A stretch of DNA of 64,000 nt from an uncultured Verrucomicrobiae bacterium (GCA_963765205.1 CAVXVB010000007.1:128001-192000), one strand, 5' to 3'; counted from the first letter of the stretch, positions 9,977 through 20,407 are shown. The notes: generated by a model not told the origin, from the letters alone. A program made the numbers and translations.

Positions 9977-10053
9977 GCCCGAGCTTTGAGACTGGCGAAT
10001 GTCCCCCGAGCGCGGGCTAAAGCACCGCGCCACGAAGAGCGTGCTCCTTCAAA

Positions 10054-10938
10054 TTATCTCGCCAGTTGCCCGTTGGTGCCGTTGCGCTGGCCGTGGCCGT
10101 TGGCGAAAAATTTCAGCAGGGCGGTCACGGTTTCTTTCATTTGCTTGCGGGGGACAATCTGGTCCACGAGGCCGTGTTCGAGCAAAAATTCGGCGGTCTG
10201 GAAGCCTTCGGGTAATTTTTTCTGCGTGGTTTCCTCGATGACGCGCGGGCCGGCGAAGCCGATGCGCGCGCCGGGTTCGGCGAGGATCACGTCACCGAGG
10301 GAGGCGAAGCTCGCCATGACGCCAGCCATGGTCGGGTCGGTCAGGATCGAAAGGTAGGGGAGGCGAGCCTGGGAGTGGCGGGCGAGCGCGGCGCTGGTCT
10401 TGGCCATTTGCATGAGGCTGAGGATGCCTTCATACATGCGGGCGCCGCCGGAGGCCGCGACAATGATGACGGGGATTTTCCGCTCGGTGGCGCGCTCGAT
10501 GGCACGGGTGATTTTTTCGCCGACGACCGCGCCCATGCTCGCGCCGAGGAAGCGGAAGTCCATCACGGCGAGGCTGGCGGGCAGGCCGTTGATGTGGCCG
10601 GCGCCGGTGATGACGGCGTCGGTGAGGCCGGTGCGTTTGCGGTGCTGGGCGAGCTTATCGGTGTAGGAGGACTCGCCGGTGAAATTGAGGGGGTCGGCGG
10701 CGCGCAGGCCGGTGTCGAATTCCTGCCAGGTGCCTTCGTCCACCAGGAGGGTGACGCGGCGCTGGCATTCGAGCGGGAAATGGTAACCGCTGAGGGGCAC
10801 GACGTTCCAGTTCGCCTCGAGGTCTTTACGATAGACGATCTCACCGCTGAGGGGACATTTCTCCCACAGCCCTTTCGGGATGTCCTTCTTCTTGACCGTA
10901 ACGGTCGAATACCTGGGTTTGGTGAAAAGCGGGGCCAT
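10054..10938 (-). CDS. accD: Acetyl-CoA carboxylase carboxyltransferase beta subunit
   Basis: [49 protein letters not shown]. Confidence 0.95.
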   Translation of the reverse strand: MAPLFTKPRYSTVTVKKKDIPKGLWEKCPLSGEIVYRKDLEANWNVVPLSGYHFPLECQRRVTLLVDEGTWQEFDTGLRAADPLNFTGESSYTDKLAQHRKRTGLTDAVITGAGHINGLPASLAVMDFRFLGASMGAVVGEKITRAIERATERKIPVIIVAASGGARMYEGILSLMQMAKTSAALARHSQARLPYLSILTDPTMAGVMASFASLGDVILAEPGARIGFAGPRVIEETTQKKLPEGFQTAEFLLEHGLVDQIVPRKQMKETVTALLKFFANGHGQRNGTNGQLAR

Positions 10939-11099
10939 GCGGAAAGCGGCGGAGGTTCTGGTTCAAGGGACACGCAGGAGAGTGTCCTTGTTCAAAAATA
11001 GTTTCGGCAACAAGTCTGAGTGCTTTAGTGTTCTGGTGCTTAGTGCTTGGTTAAGAAACTGTTTCGATAGGGTAATCTGAGATGACTCGCTGTTGAAGG

Positions 11100-11843
11100 T
11101 CAGCCGTGGCCAAGGCTCGCAACATCCAAATGAGCCGCGCCGGCTTGGCGCAGAACTTTGGCGCAGGCGTTGAACGTCGCCCCGGTGGTGAAGACATCGT
11201 CCACCAGAACATAACGCTGGGTGGACTTTACCACCGCGCCGGGGCGCAAGGCAAAGGCATTTTTCATGTTCAACTCGCGCGCCGCGCGGTCGAGGCGCGT
11301 CTGGGTCGGCGTGTCGCGCACGCGGTCGAGGAGTTCCTCGAGGCCCGCCGCGCCGCCGTCGGCCGCGAGGGCTTCGGCGACCCAGCGCGCCTGGTTGAAC
11401 CCGCGCCAGCGCCGCCGCCGGGGATGCAACGGCACGGGGACGAGCACGGCGCCGCGCACGAAATTTTTCAGCGGCCCCATGCGTTGCGCGAGCCCGCGCA
11501 AATCGCCGCGGAGGTGCCAGCCGGCGTGGTATTTCAACTCATGCACGAAAGCGCGCGCGGCGTCTTTCAAAAGCATGCCAGTGCGGCCTTCACCGAAGGC
11601 CGGGTCTAAATCCAGGCAACTCGGGCAGCGCCGCGCGCCGCCGACTTCGCCGGGAAAGGGCCAGCCGCAGGTCGCGCAATGCGGCGCACGCGAGAAGACA
11701 ATGTTCGCCTGGCAGGCTTCGCACATGTGTTGGAGCGGCCCGGTGGGCACCACCCCGGCGCAGCCGACGCACCAGCGCGGGAAGACAACGTCGAGCACGG
11801 CGCGGCCGGCGGACGTGAGTTGCTTTTCGATGGCCGGAGGCAT
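11100..11843 (-). CDS. comF: ComF family phosphoribosyltransferase-like competence protein
   Basis: Double zinc ribbon CxxC motifs, PVPLHPRR...RGFNQA, LVDDVFTTGAT. Confidence 0.9.
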   Translation of the reverse strand: MPPAIEKQLTSAGRAVLDVVFPRWCVGCAGVVPTGPLQHMCEACQANIVFSRAPHCATCGWPFPGEVGGARRCPSCLDLDPAFGEGRTGMLLKDAARAFVHELKYHAGWHLRGDLRGLAQRMGPLKNFVRGAVLVPVPLHPRRRRWRGFNQARWVAEALAADGGAAGLEELLDRVRDTPTQTRLDRAARELNMKNAFALRPGAVVKSTQRYVLVDDVFTTGATFNACAKVLRQAGAAHLDVASLGHG

Positions 11844-11858
11844 CGGGAGGATTTTGGG

Positions 11859-11963
11859 GAACGCTCAACGCTTAACATTTAACGTTTAACGCTCAAGTAA
11901 GAAATGCCCGTATGATGTCTTTGACTTGAGGGTTGAGCGTTAAATGTTAAGCGTTGAGCGTTC
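11859..11963. repeat. Inverted tandem-arm element (AACGCTC type), overlapping the 3' end of the CPBP gene
   Basis: AACGCTCAACGCTTAACATTTAACGTTTAACGCTCAAGT ... ACTTGAGGGTTGAGCGTTAAATGTTAAGCGTTGAGCGTT. Confidence 0.85.
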
Positions 11964-12965
11964 ATTCCGTCGAATCGTGATAACCAACGTCAAAAGGACC
12001 ACCAGCACGCCCGCCGCCGCCCAGCCGTCCGCCAGGCCGCTGCCGCGGTAATAATACATGGCCGTGACCAAGCCGGCGTGCAGGCCGATGGCCGGCCAGA
12101 GCGAGGCGGTGCGCAGCGTCAGCGCGCCGAGCACCAGGCCGAGGAGCCAGAGCGCGGTGAATTGCGCGAGGTCGAAATTCTCGGTGATGCCGAACGTGGT
12201 CCAGAACGCGACGAAGAAGCCGGTGTCGCCATGCACGCCAGGGGCGATGTGCTGCCACACGGATGCGGGCACCTTGAAATGGGTGTAGGCGTAAAATGCG
12301 GACATGGTGGCGAGCGCCAGCCAGGGGCGGCGCGTGGCGGTGTAGCAAATCCGCAGAATCAGGCCGCGAAAAATCACTTCCTCGAGGAAGCCCAAAATCA
12401 GCCCGGCGAACAGCGCGGTGGGCAATCTGCCCAGGATTTGTCTGGCGGACATCGCAGGTGAGGCATTTTCCCACCACGCCAAGCCGAGGATCAGGGCCAG
12501 GCCGCCGAGCCACCAAAATGTGCCCGCGCGCAGAGTTGGTTTGTTGAACGCCAGGCCCAGGTCGCGCCACGACCACAAGTGGCAAACCGACATCAACCAC
12601 GGCAATCCCAGCACAATCGCGGCCATCCTGAGCCGGTCAAAATAAACATCCACGCCCTTGCCGAGCAGCCATGTCGCGGTGGCGGAGTTGGTTTGGTTGT
12701 GCCACCACTCGACGAGCCAATAGGCCGGCGGCGTCAGCACGGCCGCGAGGAGGAGTGAGCCAATAAAAACGACGGCGAGGAGCCCGACCCCGCGCCAGGA
12801 AGTCTGTTCCGCGTCGAGGCCGAAAAGGAGGAAGCGCGGGTCGCGCCGAAAAAGAAATTTATGAACCACGGAGGACACGGAGAACACGGAGAAGCTAAGA
12901 ACGAAAGACAAGAAATGGAAGACGGAAAAACCCCCTCTGTGTTCTCCGTGTCCTCCGTGGTTCAA
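11940..12965 (-). CDS. CPBP family (Abi/CAAX) intramembrane metalloprotease; true start probably closer to 12830
   Basis: EEVIFRG, FYAYTH, AIGLHAG motifs and multiple TM segments; the ORF 5' end is read-through of a repeat element. Confidence 0.85.
   Translation of the reverse strand: MNHGGHGEHRGGFSVFHFLSFVLSFSVFSVSSVVHKFLFRRDPRFLLFGLDAEQTSWRGVGLLAVVFIGSLLLAAVLTPPAYWLVEWWHNQTNSATATWLLGKGVDVYFDRLRMAAIVLGLPWLMSVCHLWSWRDLGLAFNKPTLRAGTFWWLGGLALILGLAWWENASPAMSARQILGRLPTALFAGLILGFLEEVIFRGLILRICYTATRRPWLALATMSAFYAYTHFKVPASVWQHIAPGVHGDTGFFVAFWTTFGITENFDLAQFTALWLLGLVLGALTLRTASLWPAIGLHAGLVTAMYYYRGSGLADGWAAAGVLVVLLTLVITIRRNERSTLNI
12862..12964. repeat. Inverted tandem-arm element (CACGGAGAA 9-mer type)
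   Basis: TGAACCACGGAGGACACGGAGAACACGGAG ... CTCTGTGTTCTCCGTGTCCTCCGTGGTTCA. Confidence 0.9.
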
Positions 12966-12966
12966 T

Positions 12967-14343
12967 TTACTGATCGAAGATTTTCCCCGGATTCAAAAGG
13001 TTCTCCGGGTCGAGCGCGCGCTTGATGGTCTTTAACAAGGCATAGGAGCCGGCGTCGCGCTGGAGGGGCAGGTAGGCTTTTTTGGCCAGGCCGATGCCGT
13101 GCTCGCCGCTGACGGTGCCGCCGCGGCGGAGGGCCTCGACCGCGATCTCGCGCGAGGCGGCGCGGACGCGCGCCATCGCCGCGGGGTCGCGCTCGTCGGT
13201 CAAATACGTCGGGTGGAAATTCCCGTCGCCGGCATGGCCGAAGGTGGCGCACTCGACACCGTGCCGCTGCGTCGCCGCCTCGATGAAGCGCACCATGGCC
13301 GCGAGTTCGCTGCGCGGCACCGTCACGTCCTCGAGGATGGCGGTGTGGCGCATTTGCGCGAGCGCGGGGTAGGCGAGGCGGCGTGCGGAGGTGAGCAAGG
13401 CCGCCTCGGTTTCGTTCGCGGCCTGGCGCACTTCGAGGGCGCGGTGCGCGAGCGCGATTTGCTTCATCTGGGCGGCCTCGTCGGCCACGGCGGCGGGATG
13501 GCCGTCCGTCTCCATCAGCAACAACGCGCCGGCTTGCACCGGCAGGCCGAGGCAGGCGACGGTCTCGACGCAGTGGAGGGTTTTGCGGTCGAGAAATTCG
13601 AGCGTGCAGGGCAGGAGGCGCGCGGCGATGATGGCGGAAACCGCGGCGGCGGCGTCTTCGAGCGCGGGGAAGGTGGCGAGCAGCGTGGCCTTGGCGGCGG
13701 GGCGGGGGAGGAGTTTGAGCAGGATTTTGGTGATGACGCCCAGCGTGCCCTCCGAGCCGATGAACAAATCGCGCAGCGAGTAACCCGCGGCGTCCTTGCG
13801 GCATTGCGAGCCGAGCCACGCGAGCTCGCCGTCCGGCAGCGCGACTTCGAGGGCGAGGACGTAGTCGCGCGTGACGCCGTATTTGATGCCGCGCAGGCCG
13901 CCCGCGTTGCTGGCGACGTTGCCGCCGATGGTCGAGATTTTCAACGAGCCAGGATCGGGCGGATAAAAGAGGCCGTGGGCCGCCGCCGCCTCGTCAATCC
14001 GTTCGGTGATGACGCCCGGCTCGGTGAGCAGGGTGAGGTTATGCGCGTCAATTTCCAGAATGCGGTTGAATTTTTCGAGACTGAGCACGACCGCGCCCGG
14101 CATTGGCACCGCGCCGCCGCTCAAGCTCGTGCCCCCGCCGCGCGGCACCACCGGCGTGCGTGCCGCCCGGCACGCGCGCAACACGGCGGCCACCTGCGCC
14201 GCGTCACCGGGAAAAACGACCGCGGCGGGCACCTGCGCGTAACCCGCCGTTGCATCGCGCGCATAGCGCTCGAGGTCGGCCGGCAAAGTCAGGACGTGTT
14301 CCGGCCCGACAACTTCGCGCAACGCATCGGCCAGGGGGGGCAT
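12967..14343 (-). CDS. FAD-linked oxidase, glycolate oxidase GlcD/D-lactate dehydrogenase family
   Basis: PRGGGTSLSGG, YPPDPGS...STIGGN...NAGG, GSEGTLG, GHAGDGNFH, SGEHGIG, NPGK. Confidence 0.92.
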   Translation of the reverse strand: MPPLADALREVVGPEHVLTLPADLERYARDATAGYAQVPAAVVFPGDAAQVAAVLRACRAARTPVVPRGGGTSLSGGAVPMPGAVVLSLEKFNRILEIDAHNLTLLTEPGVITERIDEAAAAHGLFYPPDPGSLKISTIGGNVASNAGGLRGIKYGVTRDYVLALEVALPDGELAWLGSQCRKDAAGYSLRDLFIGSEGTLGVITKILLKLLPRPAAKATLLATFPALEDAAAAVSAIIAARLLPCTLEFLDRKTLHCVETVACLGLPVQAGALLLMETDGHPAAVADEAAQMKQIALAHRALEVRQAANETEAALLTSARRLAYPALAQMRHTAILEDVTVPRSELAAMVRFIEAATQRHGVECATFGHAGDGNFHPTYLTDERDPAAMARVRAASREIAVEALRRGGTVSGEHGIGLAKKAYLPLQRDAGSYALLKTIKRALDPENLLNPGKIFDQ

Positions 14344-14390
14344 GGGCGGATTCTGCGCCACGCCCGCCCCCCCTGCACGCCTGAAATTTT

Positions 14391-14532
14391 GGTAGTGGTA
14401 TAGTTTGAAGGATAGGTTTCTTCGTAGCGCGGTGCTTTAGCCCGCGCTGCTTCCCGCGGGGACACTACTGGGCGCGGGCTAAAGCACCGCGCTACGAAAA
14501 GAACGGCTGTCGAACCGCACTCTACTACTACC
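14391..14532. mobile_element. 142-bp MITE-like element with 8-bp target duplication, carrying a REP pair
   Basis: Ends GGTAGTGGTA / TACTACTACC; flanked by GAAATTTT at 14383-14390 and 14533-14540. Confidence 0.75.
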
Positions 14533-14580
14533 GAAATTTTGCCCAGCTCGGCGACGGAGCGGGCGAATTATCGGGTCAAC

Positions 14581-14769
14581 TTACGCGCTCGCCGCTTCCG
14601 CGCGCTCTTTCGGGCTGAGTGTTTCCAGATAAAGCAGGGCGGCTTCGCGCAGATGGTCCAAAACTTCTTCCACGGTGTCGCCCTGAGTCTGGCATCCTTT
14701 TAATTCGGGGCAGTAGGCGTAAAAGCCATGCTTGTCCTGTTCAATGATGGCGGTAAATTTGGTGTTCAT
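14581..14769 (-). CDS. HicB-like (UPF0150) antitoxin, orphan
   Basis: FTAIIEQD..G.YAYCPELKGCQTQGDTVEE....L.EA..LYLE; no hicA adjacent. Confidence 0.85.
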   Translation of the reverse strand: MNTKFTAIIEQDKHGFYAYCPELKGCQTQGDTVEEVLDHLREAALLYLETLSPKERAEAASA

Positions 14770-14796
14770 GGCGGGGATATGTTTGCAAGTGAATTC

Positions 14797-15672
14797 CTAC
14801 GCGCTGGCCGCTTCCGCGCCGTAGCGCGCGCTTTGCTCGTCCGCGTGATACGACGAACGCACGAGCGGCCCGGATTCCACGACGCCGAAGCCAAGTTCGT
14901 TCATGCCGAAGTCGCGCCAGCGCACAAATTCCTCCGGCGGCGCCCAGCGCGCGATGGGGGCGTGCGCGGGCGACGGTTGCAGATACTGGCCAATCGTCAC
15001 GATGTCCACGCCGGCGGTGCGCAGGTCGCGCAGGGCCTGGGCGATTTCGTCCTCGCGCTCGCCGAGGCCGAGCATGATGCCCGATTTGGTGACGAAGCCG
15101 CGGCCTTTCGCATGGCGCAGGACTTCGAGCGTGCGGTCGTAGCGCGCGGTTTTGCGGATGGGCCGCTGGAGGCGCTCGACGGTTTCGAGATTGTGGTTGA
15201 GGATGTCCGGCTGTGCGTCGAGCACGGTGTCGAGCGGTTCAACTTGCCCGCGAAAATCGGGGATGAGCACCTCGATGGCCGTCTGGGGATTGCGGTGGCG
15301 CACCGCGCGGATCGTCGCCGCCCAGACGCTCGCGCCGCCGTCCTGCAAATCATCGCGGGCGACGGAGGTGATGACCGCATGGCGCAGGCCCATTTTCGCG
15401 ACGGCGTCGGCCACGCGCGCCGGTTCGCCGAAATCAAGTTCCGTCGGCCGCCCGGTTTGCACGGCGCAAAACGAGCACGAGCGCGTGCAGATGTTGCCCA
15501 AAATCATGATCGTGGCCGTGCCGCGCGACCAGCATTCCCCCATGTTCGGGCATTGGGCGGACTGGCAGACGGTGTGCAGCCCATGGCTGTCCACCAGCTC
15601 CCGCGTTTGGCGGTAACGCGGGCCGGCGGGCAATTTGGCGCGCAGCCAGTCGGGCTTGCGGAGGGTGGGCAT
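14797..15672 (-). CDS. lipA: Lipoyl synthase
   Basis: RKPDWLR, CQSAQCPNMGEC, CTRSCSFC, VRSSYHA; ATG at 15672. Confidence 0.97.
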   Translation of the reverse strand: MPTLRKPDWLRAKLPAGPRYRQTRELVDSHGLHTVCQSAQCPNMGECWSRGTATIMILGNICTRSCSFCAVQTGRPTELDFGEPARVADAVAKMGLRHAVITSVARDDLQDGGASVWAATIRAVRHRNPQTAIEVLIPDFRGQVEPLDTVLDAQPDILNHNLETVERLQRPIRKTARYDRTLEVLRHAKGRGFVTKSGIMLGLGEREDEIAQALRDLRTAGVDIVTIGQYLQPSPAHAPIARWAPPEEFVRWRDFGMNELGFGVVESGPLVRSSYHADEQSARYGAEAASA

Positions 15673-15730
15673 CAGGGAATTAGAGCAGAAAGGGACCGGG
15701 AAGGAAAGGGCGAAGGAGTTGAGGTACTGA

Positions 15731-15819
15731 AGGACAAAGGGACAGAGGCACAAAGGGAAGAGAAAAAGCCAATACAACTATTTGCCTGTGTGTCTTTGTC
15801 CCTCTGTCCCTTTGTCCCT
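15731..15819. repeat. Inverted tandem-arm element (GGGACA(A/G)A 8-mer type), overlapping the lipB 3' end
   Basis: AGGACAAAGGGACAGAGGCACAAAGGG ... TGTCTTTGTCCCTCTGTCCCTTTGTCCCT. Confidence 0.85.
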
Positions 15820-16494
15820 GCGATCCTTCTTGGCCACCGAATATTCCCGCAACTGCCCCCAAAACTCCGCCGCCAAAACACTTTTGATTTCGTCTTTTGA
15901 CGGCAGATTTTTCTCGCCGAGTTCATTAGCCAGCGAAGTAACTTCCCCTACCTCTGGGCCAAGGCCGCAGGGCACTATACCGGCGAAGGGCGCGAGGTCG
16001 CCGTCCACGTTGAGCGCAAAGCCGTGCCAGGCAATCCATGCGCGCGCGGCGACGCCGATGGCCGCGATTTTGCGCCGGCCGACCCACACGCCCGTTTGCC
16101 CCGCGCGCCGCGCCGCCGCCAGGCCGAAGCAGCCGAGGGTGTTGATCAGCGTCTGCTCGAGCGCGCGCAGGTAGGCGTGCAAATCGCGGCGCGGTTCGAG
16201 GCTGACCACCGGGTAGCCGACAATCTGGCCCGGCCCGTGGTAGGTCACATCGCCGCCGCGCGTGGTCTCGACTACGGCGAGGCCATGCTTCTTTAGCTCC
16301 GCGGCGTTCCACAAAACATTTTGCGCCGCGCCGGGCCGTGCACCGAGGGTGAAGACCGGGTCGTGCTCGGTGAAGACCAGCGTGTCAGGCACGCGCCCCT
16401 CACGCCGCGCCTCGACGAGCGCAACCTGCCGGGCCAGCGCCGCGCGGTAATCCGTGCGGCCCCAGTCCACGAACAGCGGAGAAGCGGCTTTCAC
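15778..16494 (-). CDS. lipB: Octanoyltransferase
   Basis: EHDPVFTLG, RGGDVTYHGPGQ, KIAAIG, HGFALNV, PCG; GTG start is inferred. Confidence 0.95.
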   Translation of the reverse strand: MKAASPLFVDWGRTDYRAALARQVALVEARREGRVPDTLVFTEHDPVFTLGARPGAAQNVLWNAAELKKHGLAVVETTRGGDVTYHGPGQIVGYPVVSLEPRRDLHAYLRALEQTLINTLGCFGLAAARRAGQTGVWVGRRKIAAIGVAARAWIAWHGFALNVDGDLAPFAGIVPCGLGPEVGEVTSLANELGEKNLPSKDEIKSVLAAEFWGQLREYSVAKKDRRDKGTEGQRHTGK

Positions 16495-16503
16495 GGAAGA
16501 TTT

Positions 16504-16595
16504 TTTAGACAGAATTAATAGAATTAACAAAATTAAACGAAGGTTCCCTTCGGGCCGGAATTGGGCAATTCTTAATTCTGTTAATTCTGTCTAAA
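16504..16595. repeat. Inverted tandem-arm element (CAGAATTAA 9-mer type)
   Basis: TTTAGACAGAATTAATAGAATTAACAAAATT ... AATTCTGTTAATTCTGTCTAAA; related copy at about 23273-23390. Confidence 0.85.
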
Positions 16596-16612
16596 CTTCT
16601 TTAGGGTTTTCC

Positions 16613-17548
16613 ATGCCTGAATTAGCCGAAGTCGAATTTTTCCGGCGGCGGTGGTGGGAGGCCGGCGCGCGCCAGACCGTGCGCGCCGCGCAAGTCCAGC
16701 CGCGCTCGCGCGTCTATCGCCAGCTCGCCCGCGAATTCCCCGGCGGCGCGGCGGCGCTGGCGAAAACCCTGGCCGGCGCGCGGTTGGTGGATTCCGCCAC
16801 GCATGGGAAGCAAATGTGGTTTGTGTTTCAGCCCACGTCGGCTCGCCGGGAAATTCTCTGGCTCGGCCTGCACATGGGGATGACCGGCGAATTGCGCGTC
16901 GAGGGGCCGGATTATCGCGCGCAGAAGCACGACGCGTTGATTTTGCGGTTGGCGCGGCGGACCTTGGTGTTTCGTGACCCGCGGCAATTTGGGCGGGTCA
17001 GGGCATGGACGTCAAACGAACGCATCCGACGGATCCCGCTAAAGCGGGAGAGAGGCGTCCCTACCGTTCGGCCTGCCGGCCGTCCAGGCGTTTGCCCGCC
17101 GTGGCTGCAAAATTTGCCGGCGGAAATTTTGTCGGGCGAGTTCACGGCGGAACGGGTGCACGCGGTGCTGGCGCGGCATGCCCGTGCGCCGGTCAAGGCG
17201 GTGTTGCTCGACCAGCGCCATTTTCCCGGTGTGGGCAACTGGATGGCGGACGAGATTTTGTGGCGCGCGGAAATCCATCCCGCGCGGCCGGCGGGGCGCG
17301 CGGCGGCGAAAAAAATCGCGGCGCGGCTGCACGCGACGATTCAGGAAGTGACGCGCGACGCCTTGCGCGTAATTGCGGGTGTCGGCGGGAAATTGCCGCC
17401 GGATTTAAATGTTCATATTCCCGATACGTGGTTGTTCAACCATCGTTGGAGGGGCGGCGGCGTGTGCCCGAAAACAAAAAAGCTGCTGCAGCGCGCGGAA
17501 ATTGGCGGCCGCACGACCTGCTGGTCGCCCGCGCGGCAAAAACGGTAA
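16613..17548 (+). CDS. Fpg/Nei family DNA glycosylase
   Basis: N-terminal MPELAEVE, HMGMTG, DPRQFG, H2TH GVGNWMADEIL, GGRTTCW. Confidence 0.92.
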   Translation: MPELAEVEFFRRRWWEAGARQTVRAAQVQPRSRVYRQLAREFPGGAAALAKTLAGARLVDSATHGKQMWFVFQPTSARREILWLGLHMGMTGELRVEGPDYRAQKHDALILRLARRTLVFRDPRQFGRVRAWTSNERIRRIPLKRERGVPTVRPAGRPGVCPPWLQNLPAEILSGEFTAERVHAVLARHARAPVKAVLLDQRHFPGVGNWMADEILWRAEIHPARPAGRAAAKKIAARLHATIQEVTRDALRVIAGVGGKLPPDLNVHIPDTWLFNHRWRGGGVCPKTKKLLQRAEIGGRTTCWSPARQKR

Positions 17549-17675
17549 ATGGGGGCCGGTGTGGGAAGCGATGAAGTGATGGCGTTTTTAAGAATGACGA
17601 GAAACGTTGAATGGCGGGCAGAGCACGTCTTCGAGCGTAGGCGGCGAGGGATGCGCGGCGGACTTTTGAAAAAAA

Positions 17676-17723
17676 GCGGTCGGCGAGACGCCGACCGCAG
17701 CGACCGGGACGGTCGCGCCCCCC
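17676..17723. repeat. REP-like double hairpin
   Basis: GCGGTCGGCG-aga-CGCCGACCGC followed by GCGACCG-gga-CGGTCGC. Confidence 0.6.
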
Positions 17724-17847
17724 GGGACGAAGAAATGCACCAACTCAGCCATGCGGCCAGACCCTCCCCGGGACGAAGAAAGCCGCCGGCACCGTTTAGG
17801 CACGATGGGCTACACAACACAATTCATTTAAGATAAAGCATGATTAT

Positions 17848-20407
17848 TTACGGCGAGTAATTGCCGAACATTTTGATTTCGGCGATGGCGGCGGGCTGGC
17901 CGGGGGGCAGGCCGGTAAAGGTTACGCGGACAAACTGGGAATGGTCGTTTTTGGCGCAAGCGTCGGTGCGGACCGGGCCGGTGCCGGTGGATTGGGACTG
18001 ATTGGCGAGCAAGGTCCAGGCGGCGCCGTCGGGGGAGCCTTCGATTTTGTATTGAAAGGGGCCGGCGCCGGTGAAGGTCGTTTCGATGGAGGTGAGGTTG
18101 TAGGGATGCTCCAAATCCACCTGCAGCCAGGCGCCGGACTGTGGGTTGGACGCGGACCAAAAAGTGGCGGGGTTGCCATCCACGGCGGCGGCCGCGGTGT
18201 GGCCCGGGGCTTCACTGCTGGCGCTGGTGGGGCGGTTGAGGGCGATGTTCTGGATATCCGTGGCTGCGGCGCCGGGCTTGACGTAGCGGACGTAGGGGCG
18301 GTCGGGCGCGAGCGGCGTTTGCCCGGCGACGAAGGCCGGCTCGCCTTCGGTCGTGATGGTGATGGTGGCATCGGTCAGGCCGGGCGAGGTTGCCCGAATC
18401 ACCGACTGGCCACCGTCATAGGAGCGGAACTCGATGGCGGCCTGGCCGTCGCGGATGGCGATGTCGGATTGCGGATCAAAGGTGATCGAGCGCCCGGTGG
18501 GGAATTCGCCCGGCCCGGATTCGATGGTGAAGGTCACCGGGGGTGAATTGCTGAGAGGCTGGCCGGCGCGGTCCTCGACGGTGACGAGCAACTGGCAATC
18601 GTCGGTCGCATTGGTGCCATGAATGACGGTCTTATCCGCCGTCAACGCCAACTGGGCGGGGAGGCCGGGCTGGGGCCAGGCGGGCGGCGGGATATGGGCA
18701 TACTCGTTGCGATACCAATACCAGGAGCGCTTCGGGATGCGGAAATAATCCACGAGTCCCTTCGAGCCCGCGGCCGGCCCGACGATGGTGCCATAATCGA
18801 AGCCGCACCAGACGACCTGCCCGCTGCGCCAGGGAAATTCCGGCGTGTCAAAGTTCAATTGATCGGAGGGTTTGAACTGGCCGTTGTAATTGCCGGGACG
18901 GGTGGAGGTGACGCTGCCGTATTCGGTCACGGCGTTGGGGATGCCGGGGTTGATGAAGAGGCGCGCGCCGTCGCCGTTATAGCCTGCGACATCGCCGAGT
19001 TTGTCCACGCCGCCGCGTTGCGCCCCGCCGATGGCGGCGGGCCGCGTGGGGTCGAGCTGATGGGTGAGATTAACCAGCTTGGTGAGCAGGCCCCGGACTT
19101 GGTCCAAATTGGCGGAAAAGAAAACCTCGTTGCACATGCTCCAGGCGATGATGGAAGGATGGTTGCGGAAGATGCGGATTTCGTCGCGGAGGGTGGCGAG
19201 GGCGTTTTGTTCAAAGGCGGGCTGGTCGGCGGGGTTGGGCGGGTAGGCATTGGCGGTCCAGTTACCCTCCTGATGGGCACCGCCGAGGCCCCAGAAACAA
19301 TTTTCCGACCAGAAGAGGACGCCCAACTGGTCGCAGGCGTCGGCAAAGGCGGGCTGGTGGGGGTAATGGGAGCCGCGAATAAAATCCAGGCCGGCGTCCT
19401 TCATCAATTTCACATCGCGATACGAGCCATATTCCGTGACGGCATCGGCCCAGCCGGCATGGTCCTGATGCACGTCAGCGCCGTGAAAATAGTAGTGACC
19501 GCCATTGATAAAGAGGCCCTGGTCGGCGGTCCATTGGATGGAACGGATTCCGAAAGTGGTTTGGTAATCATCCACCGGTTGGGCGACGTCGGAGACGGTG
19601 GTTCGGGCGGTGTAGAGAAAGGGGTGGTCGGGATGCCAGAGTTTGGGTGCGGCGATGGCGGGGCTGGTTTGGTCGAAAGTCACAGTGGCCCCGGCGGCGA
19701 TGATTTGCGTGGAGGTGAGATGGGCGACGGGTTGGCCGGCGGGGTCGAGCAGGTCGGTGGTGACGACGCAGTTTTTGGGCACGGGGTATTGGTTTTGCAT
19801 TTCGGTTTTGACGTTGACGGTGGCGGCTTCCGCGGAGACGTTCGGGGTCGTGACGAAGGTTCCATACCAGGTGACGTGGAGCGGGTCGGTGACGACGAGA
19901 GACACGTCGCGATAAATACCGCCGATGAAATTAAAGTCGCCGGCGCGGGGCTCGATTTGGGCGTTCCAGTTGTTGTTGAGGCGGACGGCGAGCAGGTTGT
20001 CGCCGGGGTGGATGGCGGCGGTGATGTCCAGCGAGAAGCCGGTGTAGCCGCCTTGATGCCCGCCGATGAGGTGGCCGTTGACAAAGACCTGGGCGTCCTG
20101 AAAAGCGCCGGCGAATTCGCAGAAAGACGCGCTGGGCGGCCCACTCGGGTTTGAGGTCCAAATGTTTGCGATACCAGCCATAGCCGACGTAAAAATCCTT
20201 GCCCTGAAAATAGGGAGTGCTGAAGGAGTGGGGCAGGCCGATGGCGTCCCAGGCGGAGTCGTCAAATTTGGGCGCTTCGGCGCCGGGAAAATCGCCCAAT
20301 TTGAATCTCCAGTCGCGGTTAATATTGAGATTTTGCCGCAGGGGCGCGGCGGCGGCGAGCGGGCCGGCCAGCAAGAGCAAGCCGAGGGCGGCGAACAAGT
20401 ATTTCAT
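17848..20407 (-). CDS. Secreted glycoside hydrolase family 2 (beta-galactosidase-like) with C-terminal F5/8 type C (CBM32-like) domain; one frameshift near 20119
   Basis: Signal peptide MKYLFAALGLLLLAG..., GWYRKH, GGIYRDV, RGSHYP, WSMCNE, TEYG; two overlapping ORFs join by removing one base. Confidence 0.9.
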
